64,000 nt of DNA from a virus (lineage: Duplodnaviria > Caudoviricetes): positions 32,001 through 96,000 of IMG/VR virus record IMGVR_UViG_3300021255_002065. One strand, given 5' to 3'. Positions 41,613 through 51,100 of this stretch are shown piece after piece. The position numbers and the translations under genes are program-made. Under the pieces are notes generated by a model. It had not been told where the DNA came from. It saw nothing but the letters and a program-made list of their open reading frames with translations, and made no database searches. Position 1 is the first letter of the stretch; each line of letters starts with the position of its first letter.

Positions 41613-41632
41613 GAGGGCCCATATGGGCCCTC
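41613..41632 (+). terminator. Palindromic terminator
   Basis: GAGGGCCCATATGGGCCCTC followed by a T-rich tract. Confidence 0.7.
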
Positions 41633-41651
41633 TTCTATTTTTTTAATTTTG

Positions 41652-41687
41652 TATCTATATATAATTAATATGATATAGAAATATATC
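41652..41687 (+). promoter_or_regulatory. Putative phage early promoter
   Basis: TATATATAATTAATATGATATAGAAATATATC, matches 5315-5350. Confidence 0.6.
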
Positions 41688-41783
41688 TATAATATTTCAT
41701 CCTTATGATCAACTCATAAGAACCTAAGTTGAATGCATATACACATAGGTCGATCATGTAGGATTCCAAAAGGAGGTAATCTT

Positions 41784-42311
41784 ATGAGAAGAATGTTTAG
41801 AGAATGCAGAGAGACCAGAGACGTTGAACGTCGCTGGAGCGAAAGACTGGAAGCAGCATCCAAATTTACTCAGTCTGAAGAGTTCAAATTATCAGAGGGA
41901 ATGTCCCCTGAGGAAAGAGCCAAATATGAAAGAATGGCGAGAGAACACCTGGGTATCCCGCAGGATGCTGAAGTAGACTGGTATGTGGCTGGCAAAATAG
42001 CAAAAGAAATTCTCGAAATCAAGCGAGATCAAAAACTTGGCAAAGGGAACATCCTCTTTGGAATCGGGAAGAAAAGCGATGAGGAAATCAAGGAAATCCT
42101 CGAAGCGAGGAAGCCTGAAATGCCTAAATTAAGAGAGGTTGAAAAGTCCCTCTCTAACGAAGGCGTACTTAAGGCTGAAACCCAACCGCAGCAGTCTCAG
42201 CAGTCTTATTCGGACAAATACCAGGCTGCAATGCAGGCAGCCCAGCAATTGGCATCTTCTGGTTACTATACACTGGAAGATGCCGTTCGCATTGTAATGG
42301 CAAATCTCTAA
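41784..42311 (+). CDS. Early hypothetical protein, C-terminal domain shared with next gene
   Basis: AAGGAGGT RBS; EVEKxLSNEGVL..KYxAAMQAAQxLAxSGYYTLE..IVMANL. Confidence 0.75.
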   Translation: MRRMFRECRETRDVERRWSERLEAASKFTQSEEFKLSEGMSPEERAKYERMAREHLGIPQDAEVDWYVAGKIAKEILEIKRDQKLGKGNILFGIGKKSDEEIKEILEARKPEMPKLREVEKSLSNEGVLKAETQPQQSQQSYSDKYQAAMQAAQQLASSGYYTLEDAVRIVMANL

Positions 42312-42835
42312 AACAAGCGACCTGAGTAAGTCATTAAACTGCTCAATCATATACAAATAAGTCCAGCTCATGACTTGAGAAACCGAGCGTAATTAAAGGA
42401 GGAAATCATTATGTTTGAATTCGGTAATTTTGAAGAAATCCGCGAAATAGACGAAATAGATGAACTCGATTCCAATACTTCTAATGGATACAAGTATACG
42501 AGTGCTGAAGTATGGAAGATGGGAAGAGCTGCTATTGAAAAGCTTTTTGAAGCCAACAAAGATATCTTATTCCCAGAGGTTGAAAAAGACCTCTCTAACG
42601 AAGGGGTATTGAGAGCTGAAACCAAGGCACAGGCTCAGGCACAGCAGCAATCTTACGATGAAAAGTATAGAGCTGCAATGCAGGCAGCTCAGGAGTTGGC
42701 AGCCTCTGGCTATTATACACTGGAACAGGCAATCCAGATTGTAATGGCGAATCTCTAACAGTAAGCGACCTGAGTAAGTCGTTAAAACTGCTCAATCATA
42801 AACATAAGTCCAGCTCATGACTTGAGAAACCGAGC
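42135..42835 (+). repeat. Two ~255-bp direct repeats (42135-42388 and ~42577-42835) covering gene 3' half plus intergenic pseudoknots
   Basis: Near-identical AAGCGACCTGAGTAAGTC..AAACTGCTCAATCAT..AAGTCCAGCTCATGACTTGAGAAACCGAGC in both copies. Confidence 0.9.
42411..42758 (+). CDS. Early hypothetical protein, paralogue of 41784-42311
   Basis: AAGGAGG RBS; shared C-terminal ~60 aa. Confidence 0.75.
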   Translation: MFEFGNFEEIREIDEIDELDSNTSNGYKYTSAEVWKMGRAAIEKLFEANKDILFPEVEKDLSNEGVLRAETKAQAQAQQQSYDEKYRAAMQAAQELAASGYYTLEQAIQIVMANL

Positions 42836-42857
42836 ATACCCTAAGGAGGTAATTATT

Positions 42858-43190
42858 ATGAAAAATATTGTTCAATTTTTGCAGGCAGTCGAAATCGCTG
42901 ATATTATCAGCAAAGAGCTTCAGAATGACTCCAGATATCTTGCTGATTATATCCTGGAAGCTGCAAAAGAATCCGGGTATTATATCTGGTCTCAGTCAAT
43001 GGAGGTTGCTGAATCCGCAGTAAAATTATCAATTCCGGTACTGAAATACGTACCTGAACAAGAGTGTGATGCTTCAGTTATCTATAAAATCCAGGCTGCA
43101 TTTGTGATCAACAATATCAAACAGTTGGACGAGATGAAGACTGCAGAAAGAAAGGCTCATCAAGAGCCAACTTTCATGTATTTCATCTAA
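42858..43190 (+). CDS. Early hypothetical protein
   Basis: AAGGAGGT RBS before MKNIVQ. Confidence 0.7.
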   Translation: MKNIVQFLQAVEIADIISKELQNDSRYLADYILEAAKESGYYIWSQSMEVAESAVKLSIPVLKYVPEQECDASVIYKIQAAFVINNIKQLDEMKTAERKAHQEPTFMYFI

Positions 43191-43303
43191 CAGAACATCC
43201 CTGCTGAAAAGCAGGGAGGTGAGTATATGAATTATCGTATATTGACCTCTCTGCTTTTTTCTTTTCTTGTACACACATATTGTTTAATTGAGGGGGTGAT
43301 ACA

Positions 43304-43711
43304 ATGATATTGTATCAAGCAATACAAACAAGTGCAATGATGTTATATTACTACTACTTGAGTTATAAACGGCTTCCATTACACTTAGACCAAGATGTGT
43401 TAAATCAATTTACATCACACATCATACAATTGTTCAAATGGAAATTCCCAACAATGTCATTGACAACTGATGAATTCAATGATCCGAATTTCATATTATT
43501 TGATGAACCATTTGATGAAGTATATCAATCAGATACTCGAGAGAACATGTATTCTTCTATGTTGCATGATTTAATTGAATTTCCATTAAAGCATTCGCTT
43601 ATCATAACAGATGATTATACCATACTACAAATACTACCGATTCCATTTGATAGTTTGGATATCACTCATGGTATGATAATAAACTTCTTCACTCCAATAT
43701 TGGATAGATAA
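43304..43711 (+). CDS. Hypothetical protein
   Basis: GAGGGGG RBS, 135-aa ORF. Confidence 0.55.
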   Translation: MILYQAIQTSAMMLYYYYLSYKRLPLHLDQDVLNQFTSHIIQLFKWKFPTMSLTTDEFNDPNFILFDEPFDEVYQSDTRENMYSSMLHDLIEFPLKHSLIITDDYTILQILPIPFDSLDITHGMIINFFTPILDR

Positions 43712-43728
43712 TATGATAACGTAGGCAG

Positions 43729-43929
43729 GTGAATATTATGACATTTAACATTCAAATTCTAGATATGAATCACAATCACGTCGCAGATGCAATGAATGCA
43801 TCCATGGAAGATGTATTAAAGTTCCTGAGAAAAGGAATGGTTGTGATTAACATGGCAACTGGATTGGAAATGAGTGAATCCGAATTACTCAATACAGTCG
43901 GTGTTGCTGATTGTGTTATGCCAGGATAA
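43729..43929 (+). CDS. Small hypothetical protein
   Basis: 66-aa ORF filling the gap; start uncertain. Confidence 0.55.
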   Translation: MNIMTFNIQILDMNHNHVADAMNASMEDVLKFLRKGMVVINMATGLEMSESELLNTVGVADCVMPG

Positions 43930-44025
43930 ATAAAATAATTTTGGCATATATAGTATTACAGTGTATTAGAGATACAATGTATCCTAATCATAAATTAATT
44001 ATTTTATTACAGGAGGTAATCTATT

Positions 44026-44466
44026 ATGATTACAACAGCAAATCATTCGTTAGCCGCTATCGCTGAATGGGGAAACCAGGCATTCAACAATGTGAATGGA
44101 ACCACTCCCGAACTTCAGCAAGCTTTCCGCCAGACTTTGAAAGCTGGCATTAAGAAAGCAAATTATCCGAGCTGTGAAGCAGAACTCGGTATCATCGATG
44201 AAATCAATGACTTCGATGTGACACCGATTGCCGAACAGATTCCCAATGCAGTTGCCAAGTACATGGCTGAAACAGGTCGTGCACTAAATCTTCCCGCACC
44301 GGATGAGAATACAGCACCTGCAACACTCAAACTCATTCACAAGGATGAAACTGTCAATACAGGTATCATTCAGATGGGTGACAAGAAAGGTCAGCCATAT
44401 GAATCCAAGGTAGCTGCTCATGATGAATACAAAATCAAGAGCAACAACAAACAGTTCAAAGACTAA
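44026..44466 (+). CDS. Hypothetical protein, probably highly expressed early
   Basis: AGGAGGT RBS, upstream promoter-like motif at 43945-43970. Confidence 0.7.
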   Translation: MITTANHSLAAIAEWGNQAFNNVNGTTPELQQAFRQTLKAGIKKANYPSCEAELGIIDEINDFDVTPIAEQIPNAVAKYMAETGRALNLPAPDENTAPATLKLIHKDETVNTGIIQMGDKKGQPYESKVAAHDEYKIKSNNKQFKD

Positions 44467-44525
44467 TCAGTATTACAACAATATCCCCCACATATGTGGG
44501 GGATGACTTTATGGAGGTTTTTATC

Positions 44526-45119
44526 ATGGAAAATAATGTATTTAAGATGCTCAAAGAACAGATAATGCCAGATATCGAATTCGCATATGATGCATTGATA
44601 AAGGTGGTTGACAAATTATATGAGACTTATCCGGATTTAAAATTGACAGTGAAGGGTGTTCCAAGCATGATTAATATCTGTGCTACCTTTAATACTGACG
44701 GTAGAACATTTAAATGTGACATGCGTCTCATTCCGCAGATATATACAAATGGAACACCTGTCGCATATATCGGAATAAATGAAGAAGTACAATCAGCTCG
44801 AGAACAATTCCATCATATTCCCAATGGATACACGTCAAATTTGACAAATAGTCCAACCGTGAATGTGCAAACAAGTCCAACTCTAGCAGAATTGTCTTCG
44901 AGTATCAACAATATTTGTTCCATTGATTATGGCAAGAAATATAAAAATGTCATGAAATACGACAAGGCTGTCAAGCGGTACAACAATGAAGCAATGTTTG
45001 ATTGGATTTACAATTTCATCAAAGACCTTGATAAAGAGATGGATGATGGTGGAATTCCAATTGACCTGGAGCTGGAATCAAAAATAAGACGCAATGAGTA
45101 TGATGATGAAGAATATTAA
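44526..45119 (+). CDS. Hypothetical protein
   Basis: GGAGGT RBS before MENNVF. Confidence 0.65.
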   Translation: MENNVFKMLKEQIMPDIEFAYDALIKVVDKLYETYPDLKLTVKGVPSMINICATFNTDGRTFKCDMRLIPQIYTNGTPVAYIGINEEVQSAREQFHHIPNGYTSNLTNSPTVNVQTSPTLAELSSSINNICSIDYGKKYKNVMKYDKAVKRYNNEAMFDWIYNFIKDLDKEMDDGGIPIDLELESKIRRNEYDDEEY

Positions 45120-45129
45120 TCACACAATG

Positions 45130-45157
45130 AACAACCGGGGCATATGCCCCGGTTGTT
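45130..45157. terminator. Bidirectional palindromic terminator
   Basis: AACAACCGGGGCATATGCCCCGGTTGTT between convergent genes. Confidence 0.75.
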
Positions 45158-45168
45158 TTTCTTGTGTA

Positions 45169-48100
45169 TTAAACGCCTTTTGCAAGACGTTGAATTTGTT
45201 TTGGAATATTGTTATCTGGGAAAGCATTCTGTGGTGTTTGTTTTGGAGTTGTGGTTTGTTGTTTGCTTGATAAGTTGTCCATTTTATCCAGAATCTGTTG
45301 TAACAGAATTTCCACTTGTTCCGCACGAACATTGTACGTATGATTCATCATACGATCTATCATTTCATCTTCTGCTTTAGAAGACTTTGTGACAATCACA
45401 TTCGTAGTAGATGCTCGTGGAAGTTCGTTTGCATCAATCATTAGATTGGATAGATCATTTGTACCGACAGTTTGCATGATCTTGCTTTGGTCAATCGGTG
45501 GAATCGGTATCTCGTCACCACTACCAGCAATTCGGTTGTTGATATCTTCCAAGATAGAAGAAGTCTTTCCAACAATATAGTCGCCAGGACAAGATTTATC
45601 GGTAAACATTCTATGATACGTCCACGAACCACTGGGATCTCCAGTATATTCGAATTTCTTAATACCATTACGCTTTGCAACGTCAACTGTTAATTGTTTT
45701 GCAGATTCCATTGCAGCATCGCTAATTTCCCAACTATTATCATGGTTTTTCTTGTATCTAGCATACGCTTCCGGTTTATTTGCGATTTCAATTGTAACAG
45801 CTTTTTCATCATTATCTGGACTGCTAGATGTGTTTGGTACATTACTTTCATCTACAAACAAGCCAATTTTACCACTACCATCAACACCATATGTTGCAGA
45901 AACACCGGATCTGCCATTTGGATTTGTTTTTGCAACATCTCCAGATGTTCCGGCAAATGTTTTCTTTAAGTCATCCAAGGTATCTCCATTACTATTTGCC
46001 CATGTATGCCATGTCATTTTTGTAATCGGACCAGGTCTTGGACCAGAGTGCATATCCTTTTCACCTTTACGTTCGGTAATCAGATATGAGGGATCAGCCA
46101 ATGAAGAATTGGTGAATCCAGATGTTCCACTGCTAGTTGTTAAAGAACCTGTGCTATTCACATTTGTTCCTGATGCTGATGTGGCACTTTGTGAATACTT
46201 ATTTGCATCCACATAGTTTGCAATACCACCGATAGATCCAAATGCATAACTGGAGAAGCCTTTTCCTTGACCACTGTTACGTGCAATACCTGTGTAGCCA
46301 TATGTTTTCGCTGCCCAGTTTACTGCAGTTGGATGTTTACCAACCTGATATCCCAAGATACCTCCCGCATTAGTCGATCCAGCATTAATAGTTCCAGCTA
46401 CCAATGAATTATTTGGACGAATGACATAGTTGTATTTTCCACCTAAGGTGTCAGCGTCATTCATAACTGTTGAAATGGATTCACCATTTAGAATACGATT
46501 TGCAACACTTTGTGTGATTTTAATTGCATCTGTGGATCCATAATTCCAACCTTTCAGTTTACCATCGATCATTCCATAACCTATTTCACCATGACCTGTT
46601 CCAGCGCCATAGTCTGGATGAACAAGGATGTCACCTGGTTGTACACCTTCTTTTCCAACATTTTCCCATGGTATTGCTTCGAAATCTTGTGTCTCTTGTC
46701 CATCTTTTGTGACAGGATATTGCATACCCTTTTCTGCACGATTTCTCAATCCAGAAGCACTGATGTTGTTTGTATCATAACCTAGATAATCAAATGCATA
46801 TTGATACATGCCAGTGCAATCGATACGACCATGCAATGTTTTACCATCTAATGTAATCGGAACGGTTTTGCTCATATTATAATCGTGATGACCTTCTACA
46901 TCTGTTTGATGGATTACTCTATTGAGTGTATTGATCCATGGACTGCTTGCCAAATCAGTTGTTACATTAGCACCAAACTGACCACCGTTTACGTCAACCA
47001 TACCACCATTTGTTCCCTTGAATCGTTCATATGCTTGTTGTGCACGTTCACGACGTTTAGATTGTGCTTGACCATTGCAACGTTCAAACTTATCCATCCA
47101 TGTATCTGAAGCTGCTTGTACAGAACCAACATTTTGCATTGCGGAGTGTGCTTTCTTCTCGCTATTCTCCAATTCACTTTTCATGAATTCCAATTGCATT
47201 GGTAAGTCAGCAATCGACTTTCCATCCGATGTGGCTTTAGATAACATATTTGTTCGACGACCACCAAGCCATTGTGCAATACCGTATGGATCATTTGTAC
47301 CAAGTGGCCAACTATGTGTAGAATCAAATTTGTCAACTAAATCTCTGTTGAAGCTATCGGGTTGTGAGTGGTCGGATCCACCTTGTACATAGACTGCCAT
47401 CGGATAATATCCGCTTTCTGCGGAAAGGTTACCCATGACACCAGCAGCTGCCATTTCAGAATATCCCAAGTTATTTCTCAGATAATTCCAAATAATACCC
47501 ATATTCGTATCTTGATTGGAATATGTGGAATATGCATCAGGACCACCAGTACCAGTTCCGATTTGTGCAGCATTCTCGGCATAATTGGTTTGTGCATTTG
47601 TTTCATAAGATGATGGTGCAACTGCATAACCATTTCTCAATAACCAGTTATAGACACCGACAGCAGTACCAACATTCTCTGCCAATCCTTTTGTGGTATA
47701 AACTTTCGGAGGTTGTAAGTCACCTTGATAGAAGTATGTGGAACCTTCAATCAAGTCAGTATTCAGTTTATCTGCATAACGATCACCAGGGCTAAGTGTA
47801 AACCCAGCTCTACCAGTTGTTTCTTTAAAGACAGATTCGCCACCCTTTTTCACAATATCATTACGATATGTTCCTGAAGTGGTTTTACCATCCATTGGAG
47901 TCATTCTCCAATATCTATCTTTAATATACTTCAATTGTTCTTCTACGCTATTTGCAGCAACACCTGATTCAACCCAGTTCATGATACCTTCCGCACGTTG
48001 ACCAGATCCATCATACGTTGTTGCAGTTAAGCTCTTTGTCCCAACCAGTTTTTTTGCACCATCTTCCCAGATACCTGTGGAAATGATTGTTGCAATTTCA

Positions 48101-51100
48101 GCTGGTGTCATACCAGCGGCCGCACCTTTTTGGATAAAGGCTGGCCATTCATCGGCATATTTCTTTGCATAAACGTCCCAAGTGTTACCACTTTCAAGCG
48201 AACCTTCAAATGGGATTTCACCTTGTACGGCTCCAGCAGATGCAGTAGGCTGATGGTACTTAAAGTATGTTAATGGATTAACCCATGAACCATCTTCATT
48301 ACCGTGTCCAGGTGGATTGATTTGATAGTGGACATGTTCTCCAGTAGACTTACCTGTTGAACCAATTACACCAAGCAACTGACCGGGAGTAATTGTATCA
48401 CCAATATTCACTGTTGGCTTATCACGCATATGTGCATAACGGTGGAAGTATCCGGCAGCATCTTCGAACTGTACGGAGTTGCCCCAACCACTATCGCTAG
48501 TTTGATCGTATGGAGAATTTGCATTTCCTTCATTCGCATATCGAACGTCAATTACTTTACCACCTGTAATTGCATGTAACTCAGATTTACCAGCTTGCAT
48601 AGTAGATGCAGGATATGTGAGGATGTCAACGCCTTGGTGTGATTCATCTGTGCTACCAGTACCAGTTTTGTCAGGAGTAGAACGTCTTGTATACCAACCA
48701 CCATTTTGGGAGAACGCATATTGTGTTGCACCAGTTGTATCACTTGCACCACTTGTTTGCCAGAAGAATTCATGAACTGGTGATTTGGATAATGTGGTAC
48801 CACCATCTTCAGTAATGTCTGTATCAAAGATGGTTGGCTGATATGCGTCCGTCCACATGACAGCACCGCCATCAGAAACAAACTTACCAGCGTATGGGTC
48901 ATTGTAAGAGGATTCTACGATACCACCGCCTTGACCGAGAGCAGCATTTAACATACCGCCACTCCATGTACCGGTCTCGGCATCGTATTCACCATAAATA
49001 GAAGACATACTACCTTCGGATGCATCTACCATACCATTGACTTTCATGGCATTCATGATGTTCGCATTGTTCTTAGCAACAGCATTCAGGTATTTACGTT
49101 TAATACTTTCATTTTCCCACATGGATTTTATCCGTGCTTCATAATGTTCATCTGTTTCTGTTGCAGCCTTTGGATTATTCTGACGAAGTAATTCATATGC
49201 TTGTGATGCATAACGTTCATATTCTTCATTACCAACTGCTTCACGAATTACCTTTTCAACACGTTTCTCTTCTGCTTCCTTCACTGATTCCTCTACTTCA
49301 GAATCTTCATTTGCAGAGAACATTTTCAGAATATTAGAGAAAATGCCAGTGAGTCCACTCATCGCATTCTTAATACGTTCGGAGAAACTATCACCTTCAA
49401 TTTTTGGTATGACACTCGGATTTGCATCAGCGGAGAGCTTTTGTTCTGTGCTGATATATCCTGTACTACCACCGGGTGGTGCTGTAATAGAAGTTGTTCC
49501 ACTAGTTGTTCCAAGTGAACCTGCCGTTCCAGCTGTATCTGCAATCTCTGAATTACCAGATGTACCAGATTCTAGATTCTGCAACAATGGATTTGCATCT
49601 TTAATCTTATTGAAAATCTTACTCCAGCTCCAGTTCTTACTATTGGAATACCATGAATCAAATGTCGGTGGTTGTGAAGAAGGATTCTTACTCATGTAAT
49701 CTTGTACATAATCTTTATACAAAGCTTCCAATGCTTCAGATGCAGAGTTTGCAAAGAATTCTTCAATGGATGGAGGATTCGACGATGGATTTTGCTGCAT
49801 ATACATTGCTAAATACTGTTGATACAATGGCTCAAGTACCCTGCGACGAGCAGCTGTTAATTGTGCTTTTGCAGTAGCTGCAGTAATTGTAACTTTATTG
49901 TGTGAATAAATAGATTGAATAGCAGCAGTCTTTGCAGTTTCTACTTCGCGTGGATCTTCCACTTGTCCATACTTATTTCTGTTTAATGTGTTTAATACAA
50001 ATTCCGCACGTTTATTTTTCAACCAAGCTTTGATTGCGGGAAGCACTTGATTTATATTAGATGCAGTAATCTTTGCATCATTCAATTGAGATGCAAGCCA
50101 ATTCCATTTATCACCCTTCCATGATACAGGATCACTCTGATTCCACATATTGTCAATTACTGTCTTTTCATCACTTGTTAATTCATCATAGAAATGTTTT
50201 GTGGTCGTTTTGGTAAATGTATAATAACCGGATGGTCCGGCACCATACAAATGATACCAAGCAGCATTTGCTCCACGAACATCTCCAGAACCATATAGAC
50301 CAACAACTGAAGAAGATGCCAATTCATTTGCAGAACGACGTTCTACTCGACCACTTAATGGATTGGATACATAAGCACCACCAGCATGGTCCGTACCAAC
50401 GACGTTGATGTAGTGTGTGTTTCCAGAACGTGTTCCGAATCCAGCACCACTACCAACAAGTGTAACAGGGTTATTTGGAGTTGCACGATTCAAAGATTGT
50501 GATGTCACACCACCGACCTGATATCCCATACCCATGGATGCAGCTGTATCAATAAATCCACCAACACTTGTACCACGAGAAGACGAATAACTACCAGAGG
50601 ATGCCATGCTACTTGCTAATGCACCAGCATTTACATTTCCACCACGTCTGTTTGCAGCATCCGCTAATGCAACAGGACCACATCCACGTTGACTCATATT
50701 CAGATAAGATCCATATCTACCTTGAGAATCACCAGAACCAAAGTAATCACGATAACCACTCGCTGATGTTGTCGTAACTGGTATTGTTGGGATTGTCACA
50801 GTTGTATTAGTATTCGTATTATTAGTAGGATCATTAGAAGTTTCATTGGCAACTGGTGTATTATCTTCTGCAATCTCAGAGGATGTTGTTGTGTCAGTAG
50901 CATCAGGATATAGTGATGAAATATAGAAAGGCTGTCCTGTTGTGAGATAAGATACCTGGTTTGCTTTCGATGTGACACCTTCAGCTTGATATGCCATGCC
51001 AGACGCCGATAAACCAATTGATGTTTGGAATAAGGCTGCACCAGCAGCAGTGGATCCGGCAGCGACTAATTGTAATGCATCAGCAGCAAGTTGTTGTCCA

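Noticed and set aside
42315-42835. CRISPR array or hammerhead ribozyme
   Set aside because: Only two copies, separated by a whole gene, with no spacer periodicity. The hammerhead core CUGANGA...GAAA with three stems is not present.
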